From an uncultured Erysipelotrichaceae bacterium (GTDB lineage Bacteria; Bacillota_I; Bacilli_A; RF39; UBA660), in the NCBI GenBank assembly GCA_902795215.1, contig CADBKG010000002.1:2318-66317 (forward strand): 64,000 nucleotides of DNA, written 5' to 3'. The position numbers and the translations under genes were made by a program. The notes below the pieces were generated by a model. The model had not been told where the DNA came from and searched no databases. It was given only the letters and a program-made list of their open reading frames with translations. This document shows, in pieces, positions 20,005 to 30,169 of this stretch (positions are counted from its first letter, which is position 1; the number at the start of each line of letters is the position of its first letter).

Positions 20005-20187
20005 ATGAGAACTATATATATAATATTAAAAAGAATTATTTTTGCATTTGGTTTAATATACGGATTTAATATGATAATGCAGAGAATAGATATATTTATA
20101 CCATTAAACGAATTTACTATAGGAACTATATCTTTTCTTGGATTCCCTGGATTATTTTTGATAGTAGGGTTGATTAATTTTATATAA
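20005..20187 (+). CDS. bofA: pro-sigmaK processing inhibitor BofA family protein
   Basis: small two-TM protein with IPLNEFTIGTISFLGFPG (IPIN...LG.PG motif); follows recR as in Bacillus. Confidence 0.75.
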   Translation: MRTIYIILKRIIFAFGLIYGFNMIMQRIDIFIPLNEFTIGTISFLGFPGLFLIVGLINFI

Positions 20188-20196
20188 TGGAGAATT

Positions 20197-20985
20197 ATGG
20201 AAGCACAAAAAGAAGTAAAAAAAATAATTACAGAATTTAATGAGAATATTAATTCCCATGTTTTTTTGGTAGAAACAGATAACCTAGAATTAGCATATAA
20301 AGATATTAAAAACGTTATTAAAGAGAATATTAAAGACAAAATAAGCAAAGAACAAATAGAAAATGAAACTTATTTAGAGTTAACAATAATAAAGCCCAAT
20401 AATAAAGATATTGGTAGAGATGAAATATTAAATTTGCAACAAAAAATAAAGACAAAACCTATATTATCAGAAAATCAATATTATATTATATATAGTGCTG
20501 ATCAAATGACTCTAAATGCTGCCAATAAATTGTTGAAAACAATAGAAGAACCTTACGATGGGACTATCGGATTTTTAATTACAACAAATGTTGATTTAAT
20601 AATTCCGACAATTAAAAGTAGATGTGAAGTAAAAAGTGTTATTTATAATAATAAAAAAGAAGAAATTGATAGCGAAAATGATAAAATAGCTCTTAAATTT
20701 ATTGAGCTTGTTGAAGAAGGAAGTCTTTATGATTGGCATGAATATAGTGCGAGTATAAACGATTTAAAAGATAAAGCTGTTGAAATAGCAAATATAGTAA
20801 AAAAATACTATACAGATGCTGCTAAACAAGAAAATGTAATAAAAACTATAGAAAAAAATAATAAATATGATACAATTGTTAAGAAATCACTGTTTTTAAA
20901 CAGATTTTTAACAAAATTAAGAATTAATATGAATAGTTTGTTATTGCTTGAAACACTTTATATTAATTTAAAGAAGGTGAAATAA
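20197..20985 (+). CDS. holB: DNA polymerase III delta' subunit
   Basis: ADQMTLNAANKLLKTIEEP, IIPTIKSRC; N-terminal P-loop degenerate. Confidence 0.85.
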   Translation: MEAQKEVKKIITEFNENINSHVFLVETDNLELAYKDIKNVIKENIKDKISKEQIENETYLELTIIKPNNKDIGRDEILNLQQKIKTKPILSENQYYIIYSADQMTLNAANKLLKTIEEPYDGTIGFLITTNVDLIIPTIKSRCEVKSVIYNNKKEEIDSENDKIALKFIELVEEGSLYDWHEYSASINDLKDKAVEIANIVKKYYTDAAKQENVIKTIEKNNKYDTIVKKSLFLNRFLTKLRINMNSLLLLETLYINLKKVK

Positions 20986-21746
20986 TGGTTGTAGGAGTAA
21001 AATTTTCTGAATTAGGTAAAAGCTATAATTTCTTATGTGATTTAGACGTCAAAGAAAATGATAAAGTTATCGTTGAAACTGAAAGAGGATTACAATTAGG
21101 ATTAATTAGTGAAATTAACGTAACAACTAAAAATAAAGATTTAAAAGATGTTAAATCAATCGCAACTGATAAAGAATATGATACATATTTAAAAAATATT
21201 GATGATGCTAAAGAAGCGCTAGAAAAATGCAAGAATTTAATTGAAAAATTAAAACTTGATATGAACGTTATAGATGCTAGTTATTCATTAGATAAAAAAA
21301 TATTACTTTTTAATTTTTATGCAGACGAAAGAGTTGATTTTAGAGAATTAGTTAAGGAGCTTGCAACTATATATCATACAAGGATTGAATTGCACCAAAT
21401 AGGTATTCGAGATAAAGCAAAAATTGTTGGTGGTATTGGCATGTGTGGTAGAACTTTATGCTGTTATAATCATTTAAGAAATATTGATACAGTAAATATT
21501 AACATGGTTAAAAATCAAAATATTGCTCTTAATCCTACAAAAATAAATGGAGCATGCGGTAGATTATTATGCTGTTTCAATTATGAAAATGAAGTTTATA
21601 CAGAATGTCGTAAAAATTTACCTAAAGTAAAAGATATTGTAGATTATAAAGGTAAAAAGGGAGAAGTTGTAAGTGTAGATATTCTTAAAAAGAAGTACAC
21701 TTTAAAATTTGAAGACGAAGAATATAAAGAAGTTGAAGTTAAATGA
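20985..21746 (+). CDS. yaaT: PSP1-domain protein YaaT/RicT
   Basis: VIVETERGL, RVDFRELVKELA, GMCGRTLCC, GACGRLLCC. Confidence 0.93.
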   Translation: MVVGVKFSELGKSYNFLCDLDVKENDKVIVETERGLQLGLISEINVTTKNKDLKDVKSIATDKEYDTYLKNIDDAKEALEKCKNLIEKLKLDMNVIDASYSLDKKILLFNFYADERVDFRELVKELATIYHTRIELHQIGIRDKAKIVGGIGMCGRTLCCYNHLRNIDTVNINMVKNQNIALNPTKINGACGRLLCCFNYENEVYTECRKNLPKVKDIVDYKGKKGEVVSVDILKKKYTLKFEDEEYKEVEVK

Positions 21747-22438
21747 TAGAATTAAATGATTTATTTGATTATGGATTGAAAATATATCAAAATTCTGATT
21801 ATTTTAAATTTAGCATTGATTCTTTACTACTTGGTGAATTCGTAGAAATAAAAAAGAATGCTAATATACTTGATATGTGCACTGGAAATTGTCCTGTGCC
21901 TCTTTTGCTTTTAACAAAAGAAAAATTATTACATATTGATGCTGTTGAAGTACAAGAAGAAGTCTATAATCTAGCTAAAAAATCAATAGTATATAATAAA
22001 CTAGATGAAAATATAAATTTAATTAATGATGACATAAATAAACTTGTATTAAATAAAAAGTATGATATAATTACATGCAATCCGCCTTACTTTAAGGTAA
22101 ATAGCAATAAAATGCAAAATAAAAATGATATAAAAAAGATAGCAAGACATGAAGTTTTAATTAAATTAGATGATATTGCTAGAATAGCAAGTAGTAATCT
22201 AAAAGAAACAGGTGACTTTTATTTAGTACATAGACCAGAAAGAATGGTAGATATCATAAATGCTCTTAATAAATATAATTTAGGTATTAGAGAAATATGT
22301 TTAGTTAATACTAATGATACGCATATATCAAAGCTAGTATTATTTAAAGCATCTAAAAATAAAAAGAACGATGTAAAAGTTTATAATATAAATATTAAAG
22401 ATTTAAAAAGTTATAAAAGTATATTTGATTGGAGGTAG
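21743..22438 (+). CDS. tRNA1(Val) A37 N6-methyltransferase (YabB/TrmN6 family)
   Basis: FSIDSLLL, LDMCTGN, CNPPYF, ARHEV. Confidence 0.88.
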   Translation: MIELNDLFDYGLKIYQNSDYFKFSIDSLLLGEFVEIKKNANILDMCTGNCPVPLLLLTKEKLLHIDAVEVQEEVYNLAKKSIVYNKLDENINLINDDINKLVLNKKYDIITCNPPYFKVNSNKMQNKNDIKKIARHEVLIKLDDIARIASSNLKETGDFYLVHRPERMVDIINALNKYNLGIREICLVNTNDTHISKLVLFKASKNKKNDVKVYNINIKDLKSYKSIFDWR

Positions 22439-22442
22439 GAAT

Positions 22443-23000
22443 ATGAAATTGATAGTTGGACTTGGAAATCCCGGAAAGAATTATGAAAAAACAAGACACA
22501 ATGTTGGTTTTATGGTTCTTGATCACTATTTAAATGGAGAAAAATATGAAAAAAAGTTTAATGGCGAATATATAGAAAAAAATATAAATGGCGAAAAAGT
22601 TATATTTCTAAAACCTCTTAGTTATATGAACCTATCAGGCGATGTAGTAGTTAAGTTTAAAAATTATTATAAAATTGAATTAAAAGATATTTTAATAATT
22701 CATGATGATTTAGACTTAAACTTAGGAGTAGCTAAAATCAAATATTCTTCTTCATCTGGAGGAAACAATGGTATAAAGTCAATAATTGATAGATTAAATT
22801 CTAAAGACTTTGGACAATATAAAATAGGGATTGCTAATTATAACTTTCTAGATGCTAAAGACTATGTATTAGGAAAGTTTTATAAAAGCGAAGAAGAAAT
22901 ATTAAATAAGAAAATAGATGAAAGTGTAGAAGTTATTAATTATTTCATATCCAATGGAATAGAAAAAACAATGAATTATTATAACGGGTTGATAAAATGA
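22443..23000 (+). CDS. pth: peptidyl-tRNA hydrolase
   Basis: LIVGLGNPG, TRHNVGF, KPLSYMNLSG, HDDLD; the usual GGHNG motif reads GGNNG. Confidence 0.95.
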   Translation: MKLIVGLGNPGKNYEKTRHNVGFMVLDHYLNGEKYEKKFNGEYIEKNINGEKVIFLKPLSYMNLSGDVVVKFKNYYKIELKDILIIHDDLDLNLGVAKIKYSSSSGGNNGIKSIIDRLNSKDFGQYKIGIANYNFLDAKDYVLGKFYKSEEEILNKKIDESVEVINYFISNGIEKTMNYYNGLIK

Positions 23001-26000
23001 AATTTATAACTGATAAATTTATATATGATGATTCTAAGGAAATAAGTGGGTTAACCCCAGAATTAATTGCTTTATATGTAGATAATTATTTTAAATCTAA
23101 TAATGAAAATGTTGTCTTGCTTACAAGTAATATGTATGAAGCAAATAATTATTTCAAATTATTACAGGAGTATAATGACGATACCCTGTTTTTTCCAATG
23201 GATGATTTTATAACATCGATGGCAGTAGCGGTATCTCCAGATTTTAAAATAAAAAGGTTAGATACTTTAGATAAAATAAATAGTGAAAATAAGAAACATA
23301 TTATTGTTACATCACTAATGGGATATTTAAAATTTTTACCTAGCACTACGGAAAAACAGTGTCTCACAGTTACCCCCCTCCCCCAAAATATTTCCCGGGA
23401 AATAATTTTAGACACATTAGATGAGTTTGGATATCATAGAGATTCACTTGTAACATCAACTGGTGAATACGCAGTTAGAGGATTTGTAATTGATGTTTTT
23501 CCAATAGGCTATGATCATCCATTTAGAATTGAATTTTTTGGTGATGAAATAGAAGAAACAAAAGAATTTGATGAAAATACCCAGCTTACACTAAAAAAAG
23601 TAGAAAGGTTCGATTTAAAAAGAGTAAATGAAACAATTAACGAGGAAACAAGTTCATTAATGGATTATGTTAATAATGAATCTTTATTTATTATAGACAA
23701 TAATCAACTAGAAATAGCATATAAAATGCTTTCTGAAGAAATAGTCGCATATAATGAAAAAAAAGAAATTACTACTAAACACATGTATGAATTAAATGAG
23801 ATAAAGGCCGGGAAAACATTTAAAGTAAATTCTCTTAACTTATATAAAACTAAAAATCAAATTGTTTATAATTCTAAAACTATCACTAATTTTAATAGTA
23901 ATTTTGATAATTTAAAAAGATATGCATTGGAATCTTTGTTATCTAAGACTGTTTTATTCGCATTGTCAAACGATAAACAAATAGAAAGAATTAAAGAATT
24001 ATTTGATGAGGTATATTTAAATCCTAAAAAAATAGTGGATAACAAAATAAATATTATTAAAAGCAACATAAAAAATGGCTTTATATTTGAAGACTATATT
24101 ATAATTGGACCTTATGACATTGAATCATTAAAGACTAAGAACGTAAAATATAAAAATCCTATTAAAATGGGACATAAAATTAAGAACTTTGATGAACTTA
24201 CAATTGGAGATTATATTGTACATGAATCATATGGAATTGGTATATATAATGGTATAAAAACTCTTAAAAAAGGAGAATATTTAAATGATTATATTCAGCT
24301 TTTATATGCCGACAATGATAAAGTATATGTATCAGTAGATAATATTGGTAAGTTGTATAAGTATTCATCAAAGTATTCTTCTGTTAAATTAAATAAGTTA
24401 AATAGTCCAGCTTGGACTAAAAAGAAGCTTGCGGCAAGACAAAAAATAGATGATATAAAGGAAGAATTAATCAAGCTATATCAAGAAAGATCAAAAATTA
24501 AGAAAGATAAAATGAAAGACTATCCTGAAGAAGAAGCTTTTGCTTTTGAATTCCCATATGAACTTACTAAAGATCAAGAAAAATGTATATATGAAATTAA
24601 TGAGGATTTAAAAAGTACAATTCCTATGGATAGATTATTGTGCGGTGATGTTGGTTACGGAAAAACAGAGGTAGCTTTTAGGGCCATGTTTAAAACAGTA
24701 TTAAATGGTGGATGTGTAGCGTATCTTTGTCCAACAACTATTCTTTCTAGGCAACAATATGAAAACGCTTTAGAAAGATTTAAGAATTATCCAGTAAATA
24801 TAGCATTACTAAATAGATACACATCACAAGCAGAAACAAGCAAAATAATTGAAAAACTAAAAACAGGCAAGATAGATATATTATTTGGAACACATAAACT
24901 TTTAAATGATAAAATAGATTATAAGAATTTAAAACTACTCGTAGTAGATGAAGAACAAAGATTTGGAGTTAAACATAAAGAAAAAATTAAAAGTTTAAAA
25001 AATGATATAAACGTGCTTACACTATCTGCAACTCCAATACCAAGAACACTAAAGATGGCTATGAGCGGGTTAAGAGGATTATCTATCCTTGATACACCAC
25101 CAGTCAATAGATATCCGATAGAAACTTATGTAATAGAGGAAAACGAACTTATTATTAGAGACGCTATTTATAAAGAGTTATCAAGAGATGGACAAACTTA
25201 TATTCTTGTAAACAATATTGAAGAAATGCAAGCTTTGGTAACAAAAATTAAAGAATTAGTACCAACTGCAAGCGTAGTCGGTGCGCATGGTCAAATGAAT
25301 AGTAATGATTTAAATGGAATCATGCAAGACTTTGTTAAAGGTAATTATGATATTTTGGTCTGCACAACAATTATTGAAACCGGTATAGATATACCTAATG
25401 TAAATACTATTATAATTATTGATTCAGATAACTTTGGTTTATCCCAGCTTTACCAAATAAGAGGAAGAGTAGGTAGAAGTGATAAAATAGCATATGCCTA
25501 CCTTATGTATAAACCATCTAAAATACTAACTGAAACTGCAACAAAAAGATTAGAATCAATAAAAGAATTCACAGAACTAGGTAGTGGTTATAAAATAGCT
25601 TTAAGAGATTTATCAATCAGAGGCGCCGGAGACATACTTGGAAAAGAACAAGCGGGATTTATAGAAGCAATTGGACTAGATTTATATACAAAACTAATTA
25701 ATGAAGAAATATCTGGTGAAAAAGAAGAAGAAACAGAAAAGAAAATGTTAAATATTTCTACTCATATAGATGATAATTACACAGAAGATGAATCAATAAA
25801 AATAGAAATACATAAAATGATTAATGAAATCAAATCAAAAAAAGATTTAACAAAAGTTAAAGAAGAACTTGAAGATAGATTTGGAAATGTTCCAGAAGAA
25901 ATAGAAATATACATGATAGAAAAGTGTATAGAAAATATCTTTGAAGAATTAAATATTAAAAATATAATTCAAACAACAAGAGAAATAGAAATAAGCTTGC

Positions 26001-26188
26001 CAAAAGAAGTTTCAGATAAAATAAATGGAGAAAAGCTATTCTTAGAAGTTTATAATATTAACCCTAAATTTAAATTAAGTTATAAAAGTGGAGAAATACA
26101 TGTTAATCTAAATTTATTTAACTTACAAAAGAATTATATTTATTATATCTTTGATTTAGTAACTATTATTCATAATCAAGTAAAATAG
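22997..26188 (+). CDS. mfd: transcription-repair coupling factor Mfd
   Basis: GEYAVRGFVIDVF, CarD/RID, GDVGYGKTEVA, DEEQRFGV, QIRGRVGR, TRCF C-terminal domain. Confidence 0.97.
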   Translation: MKFITDKFIYDDSKEISGLTPELIALYVDNYFKSNNENVVLLTSNMYEANNYFKLLQEYNDDTLFFPMDDFITSMAVAVSPDFKIKRLDTLDKINSENKKHIIVTSLMGYLKFLPSTTEKQCLTVTPLPQNISREIILDTLDEFGYHRDSLVTSTGEYAVRGFVIDVFPIGYDHPFRIEFFGDEIEETKEFDENTQLTLKKVERFDLKRVNETINEETSSLMDYVNNESLFIIDNNQLEIAYKMLSEEIVAYNEKKEITTKHMYELNEIKAGKTFKVNSLNLYKTKNQIVYNSKTITNFNSNFDNLKRYALESLLSKTVLFALSNDKQIERIKELFDEVYLNPKKIVDNKINIIKSNIKNGFIFEDYIIIGPYDIESLKTKNVKYKNPIKMGHKIKNFDELTIGDYIVHESYGIGIYNGIKTLKKGEYLNDYIQLLYADNDKVYVSVDNIGKLYKYSSKYSSVKLNKLNSPAWTKKKLAARQKIDDIKEELIKLYQERSKIKKDKMKDYPEEEAFAFEFPYELTKDQEKCIYEINEDLKSTIPMDRLLCGDVGYGKTEVAFRAMFKTVLNGGCVAYLCPTTILSRQQYENALERFKNYPVNIALLNRYTSQAETSKIIEKLKTGKIDILFGTHKLLNDKIDYKNLKLLVVDEEQRFGVKHKEKIKSLKNDINVLTLSATPIPRTLKMAMSGLRGLSILDTPPVNRYPIETYVIEENELIIRDAIYKELSRDGQTYILVNNIEEMQALVTKIKELVPTASVVGAHGQMNSNDLNGIMQDFVKGNYDILVCTTIIETGIDIPNVNTIIIIDSDNFGLSQLYQIRGRVGRSDKIAYAYLMYKPSKILTETATKRLESIKEFTELGSGYKIALRDLSIRGAGDILGKEQAGFIEAIGLDLYTKLINEEISGEKEEETEKKMLNISTHIDDNYTEDESIKIEIHKMINEIKSKKDLTKVKEELEDRFGNVPEEIEIYMIEKCIENIFEELNIKNIIQTTREIEISLPKEVSDKINGEKLFLEVYNINPKFKLSYKSGEIHVNLNLFNLQKNYIYYIFDLVTIIHNQVK
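23369..23404 (-). repeat. inverted partial copy of the composite repeat inside mfd
   Basis: perfect TATTTCCCGGGAAATA at 23389-23404; on the minus strand it continues TTTTGGGGG-A-GGGGGGTAAC; 27 bp identical to the copy at 28487-28513. Confidence 0.8.
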
Positions 26189-26226
26189 TGAATAAAATAT
26201 TATTATTGATTTAAAATATTACTAAG

Positions 26227-26718
26227 GTGATAAACTTGAATAATAGTAATATTAGATCAATAGATGGACTTGGTAGAATTGTAATTCCTAAAAATATTAG
26301 AAATAAACTACATATTAATAGCAATGAGGAATTAGAAATATACATTGAAAATGAAAAAATAATTATTTCAAAATATTCTTCTATAAAAGAATTTATTGAA
26401 TATATTAAATTTTTAGAGGATACTTTTTCTAGAATTACAGAAAAAAACTATTTGTTTACAGAAAATGATACGGTTATCTCTTCTACAAACAAGGAATTAA
26501 TTGGCAAAAAAATGGATGACTACGATAGTCTATATGAAAAAAATCTAATTAATCACTATTATAATGGAATAGTCAATGGATATATATCAACTGAAATAAT
26601 AATTATAGATGGTCATAAAAAAGGATTGATTATCGAATATGGAAATGAAAAAACAAATGATACTAAATATTTAAGACTTTTAAAGGCTATAATTGAAAAA
26701 GCTGGAAACACATATTGA
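26227..26718 (+). CDS. spoVT: SpoVT-like regulator (AbrB-type N-terminal domain + GAF-like C-terminal domain)
   Basis: IRSIDGLGRIVIPKNIRNKL AbrB motif plus about 110-aa C-terminal domain; directly after mfd as in Bacillus. Confidence 0.75.
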   Translation: MINLNNSNIRSIDGLGRIVIPKNIRNKLHINSNEELEIYIENEKIIISKYSSIKEFIEYIKFLEDTFSRITEKNYLFTENDTVISSTNKELIGKKMDDYDSLYEKNLINHYYNGIVNGYISTEIIIIDGHKKGLIIEYGNEKTNDTKYLRLLKAIIEKAGNTY

Positions 26719-26750
26719 AATTAACAAACAATTGTGTTATATTACATTTA

Positions 26751-26945
26751 TTAAGCGGTGAAGAAAAGAGTAGATTATAAGAGTTTTAAGAGAGACTTTG
26801 GTTGGTGAAAAAAGTTAAACTCGAGTTTTTGAACATGGTTTTGGAGCTTAAACGTAATTCTTGCGTTAAAAGAAAAAAGAGCATGGGAACATGAATTAAG
26901 GTGGTACCGCGGGTTAATCTCGTCCTTTAGTTCGTGTTTTTTTTA
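26751..26945 (+). promoter_or_regulatory. T-box riboswitch (Met specifier) upstream of metG
   Basis: AGAGAG and GGTTGGTGAAA stem I motifs; specifier ATG at 26835-26837; T-box AATTAAGGTGGTACCGCG at 26894-26911; antiterminator closes with CTCGTCCTT. Confidence 0.9.
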
Positions 26946-26963
26946 TTAGAAAGAAGGGTTTTT

Positions 26964-28487
26964 ATGAACAAAGGAAAATTTTATATTACAACTCCTATTT
27001 ATTATCCATCTGCAAACTTTCATATTGGACACTGTTATACAACAATAATATGTGACTCAATCGCTAGATATAAAAGATTAGATGGATATGATACTTATTT
27101 TTTAACTGGTAGTGATGAACATGGTGAAAAAATTGAAAAGAAAGCGAATGAAGCAGGAGTTACACCAAAAGAATATGTTGATAAGATTGTCGATAATTCT
27201 AAAGATTTATGGAATGCACTTAAAATAACATATGATAGATTTATTAGAACTACTGATGAAGACCATGTTAAAATTGTTCAACATATTTTCAAAAAATTAT
27301 ATGATCAAGGTGATATTTACAAAGGAGAATACAAAGGTTTATATTGTACTCCTTGTGAATCTTTTTGGACTGAAACACAACTTGTAGATGGAAAATGCCC
27401 AGATTGTGGCAGAGATGTACATGAAGTTAGTGAAGAAGCATACTTTTTAAAACTATCTAACTATCAAGATAGACTTGAAAAATATTTAGAAGAACATCCT
27501 GATTTTATTCAACCTGAATCTAGAAAGAATGAAATGATTAATAACTTTATAAAACCAGGTCTTGAAGACTTATGTGTATCAAGAACTAGTTTTAAATGGG
27601 GTATTCCAGTTACATTTGATGAAAAACACGTTGTTTATGTATGGATAGATGCTTTATCAAACTATATAACTGCACTTGGATATTCAACAGAAAATGATGA
27701 ATTATTTAAAAAATATTGGCCTGCTGACGTACATGTTGTAGGTAAAGAAATCGTTAGATTCCACACTATTATTTGGCCAATTATGTTAATGGCACTAGAT
27801 TTACCGCTTCCTAAAAAGGTATTTGGTCATGGATGGCTAATAATCGATGGTGGTAAAATTTCTAAAAGTTTAGGTAACTACAAAGATCCAAGAGAGTATA
27901 TTGCTTCATATGGTGTAGATGCTGTTAGATATTATTCTTTAAGAGAAATTCCTTTTGGAAATGATGGTAACTTCTCTGAAGAATTATTAGTATCAAGAAT
28001 TAATTCAGATCTTGCTAATATTTGGGGTAACTTAGTTAGTAGAACTATAGGAATGGCAAATAAATACTTTGATGGTAATATTACAAATAAAAAAGTAAAT
28101 GAAGATCTTGATAAAGAATTTATAAGTCAAATTAATAAACTAAAGTCAAAGTGTGATGAAAATATTGATAATCTTCAAATATCAAAAGTATTAGAAGAAA
28201 TATTTGATGTGCTTCGCTTGAGCAATAAATATATAGATGAAACAACTCCATGGATACTTGCAAAAGATAATTCTAAAAAAGATAGACTTGAAACAGTTCT
28301 ATATAATTTATTAGAAGCTATTAGGGTTACAAATATATTGCTTAGACCATTTATGCCAGAAAGCACTGAAAAAGTTGTCTCTTATTTAAATACAAATAAT
28401 AATGAATTTAATGATACTTTATTTAAAGAAGATACAAAATATAAGGTGGCTAAAGAAGTTACACCTCTATTTGAAAGAATTAAATAA
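26964..28487 (+). CDS. metG: methionine--tRNA ligase (short form, no C-terminal tRNA-binding domain)
   Basis: YITTPIYYPS, HIGH, CTPCES...CPDC knuckle, KISKS; start ATG 26964. Confidence 0.97.
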   Translation: MNKGKFYITTPIYYPSANFHIGHCYTTIICDSIARYKRLDGYDTYFLTGSDEHGEKIEKKANEAGVTPKEYVDKIVDNSKDLWNALKITYDRFIRTTDEDHVKIVQHIFKKLYDQGDIYKGEYKGLYCTPCESFWTETQLVDGKCPDCGRDVHEVSEEAYFLKLSNYQDRLEKYLEEHPDFIQPESRKNEMINNFIKPGLEDLCVSRTSFKWGIPVTFDEKHVVYVWIDALSNYITALGYSTENDELFKKYWPADVHVVGKEIVRFHTIIWPIMLMALDLPLPKKVFGHGWLIIDGGKISKSLGNYKDPREYIASYGVDAVRYYSLREIPFGNDGNFSEELLVSRINSDLANIWGNLVSRTIGMANKYFDGNITNKKVNEDLDKEFISQINKLKSKCDENIDNLQISKVLEEIFDVLRLSNKYIDETTPWILAKDNSKKDRLETVLYNLLEAIRVTNILLRPFMPESTEKVVSYLNTNNNEFNDTLFKEDTKYKVAKEVTPLFERIK

Positions 28488-28488
28488 T

Positions 28489-28522
28489 TATTTCCCGGGA
28501 AATATTTTGGGGGTACCCCCTA
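28489..28522. repeat. composite repeat copy E (Noc-box + GGGGGTACCCCC) between metG and tatD
   Basis: TATTTCCCGGGAAATA 28489-28504; GGGGGTACCCCC 28509-28520. Confidence 0.88.
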
Positions 28523-28535
28523 GTTAGGAGGCCTT

Positions 28536-29282
28536 ATGTATACGGACACTCACTGTCATATAAGAAGTGATATTTATAAAAATATCGATGAAATTATTGA
28601 GCTTTCTATTAATGCTGGTGTTACAAAAATGATAAATAATGGTACAAATTTAGAAAGCAATAAAGAAGTTTTAGAGCTTTCAGAAAAATACAAAGCTCTT
28701 TATCCAGCATTAGGTATTCAACCTGAAGAATTAGATGATGACATAAACAAATCTCTTGATTTTATTGAAAATAATATTGATAAAATAATTGCAATAGGGG
28801 AGATAGGCCTTGATTATTACTATAGTAACGACACAAAAACTAAGCAATTAGAAATCTTTGAAAAACAAATGAAACTTGCAGATAAATATAATAAACCTGT
28901 AATTATTCATAGCAGGAATGCTTTTGATGACACAATAAAAATAATCAAAAAATATCCTAAAGTAAAAGGAGTTATACATTGTTTTTCAGGTAATTTAAAA
29001 GAAGCAGAGGAATATATAAATCAAGGCTATATGCTTGGAATTGGTGGAATTGTCACATTTAAAAACTCGGATTTAAAGAATGTCTTAAAAGAAATACCTA
29101 TTCAAAATATTGTATTAGAAACAGATTCACCATATTTGAGTCCTGTACCAAATCGAGGAAAACAAAATAATCCATCAAATATTCCACATATTGCTTCATT
29201 TTTAACTAATATATATAATGTTTCTTTAAAAGAAATATCGCAAGAAATCGAAAAAAATGTGAATAGCATATTTAATATATAG
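28536..29282 (+). CDS. tatD: TatD family hydrolase (YabD)
   Basis: DTHCH, GEIGLDY, IIHSR, HCFSG, ETDSPYL. Confidence 0.93.
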   Translation: MYTDTHCHIRSDIYKNIDEIIELSINAGVTKMINNGTNLESNKEVLELSEKYKALYPALGIQPEELDDDINKSLDFIENNIDKIIAIGEIGLDYYYSNDTKTKQLEIFEKQMKLADKYNKPVIIHSRNAFDDTIKIIKKYPKVKGVIHCFSGNLKEAEEYINQGYMLGIGGIVTFKNSDLKNVLKEIPIQNIVLETDSPYLSPVPNRGKQNNPSNIPHIASFLTNIYNVSLKEISQEIEKNVNSIFNI

Positions 29283-29349
29283 GATTTATAATTTTGTAAA
29301 TCCTTTTATTTTACCTTAAAATATGGTAATATGACTTTGGTGAAAGATT

Positions 29350-30129
29350 ATGCAAAATTTTAATTTCAAAAAAAAGTTTGGGCAAAATTTTTTAAACAAT
29401 AATTCTATTATTGATACAATAGTAGAAAGTATTTCTCCATCCAGCAACGACTTAATAATAGAAATAGGCCCAGGCGCAGGGGCTCTTACTAAAAAACTCA
29501 AAAAATATAACTCTATATTAATTGCATATGAAGTAGATATTGATACAAAAAAATACTTAAATTCTTTAGAAGATGATAAATGCAAGATTATTTATGAAGA
29601 CTTTTTAGATAGTAATATAAAAGAAGTAATAAAAAAATATAAATATGACAACTTATATATAATTGGTAATTTACCATACTATATAACTACAAAGATTATA
29701 TCTCACATTATAGAACTTAATATAAATCCTAAAGAAATGGTATTTATGGTCCAAAAGGAAGTGGCGGATAGATTCATGGCTATTCCAGGTAATAAAGAAT
29801 ATGGTTACATGACAGTTATACTTAATTATAATTATAATTTAAAAAAAGTAATTGATGTCCCAAAGCACAACTTTACACCCGTACCTAAAGTAGATAGTAG
29901 TGTTGTAAAATTAATCTCTAAAAAAACAAATAATGATATTAATTACAAATTGTTTGATAATTTTATTAAGTCAGCATTTAAATTTAAAAGAAAAACAATT
30001 AAAAATAATTTAACTAATTATAATGAGGAAATATTAAATAAAATATTATCAAAATACAACTTAACTTCATCTAGTAGACCAGAAGAAATTCCACTTGAGG
30101 CATATATAGACTTATTTTTAAATAAATAG
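29350..30129 (+). CDS. rsmA: 16S rRNA dimethyltransferase RsmA/KsgA
   Basis: KKKFGQNFL, IEIGPGAG, GNLPYYIT, PKVDS. Confidence 0.96.
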   Translation: MQNFNFKKKFGQNFLNNNSIIDTIVESISPSSNDLIIEIGPGAGALTKKLKKYNSILIAYEVDIDTKKYLNSLEDDKCKIIYEDFLDSNIKEVIKKYKYDNLYIIGNLPYYITTKIISHIIELNINPKEMVFMVQKEVADRFMAIPGNKEYGYMTVILNYNYNLKKVIDVPKHNFTPVPKVDSSVVKLISKKTNNDINYKLFDNFIKSAFKFKRKTIKNNLTNYNEEILNKILSKYNLTSSSRPEEIPLEAYIDLFLNK

Positions 30130-30169
30130 GTCTTTTTTTTAGTTTTTTACATATATTTAATTGGTGATA

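Noticed and set aside
22464-22480. NBS-like AATCCCGGAAAG in pth
   Set aside because: Several mismatches, explained by the conserved GNPGK codons
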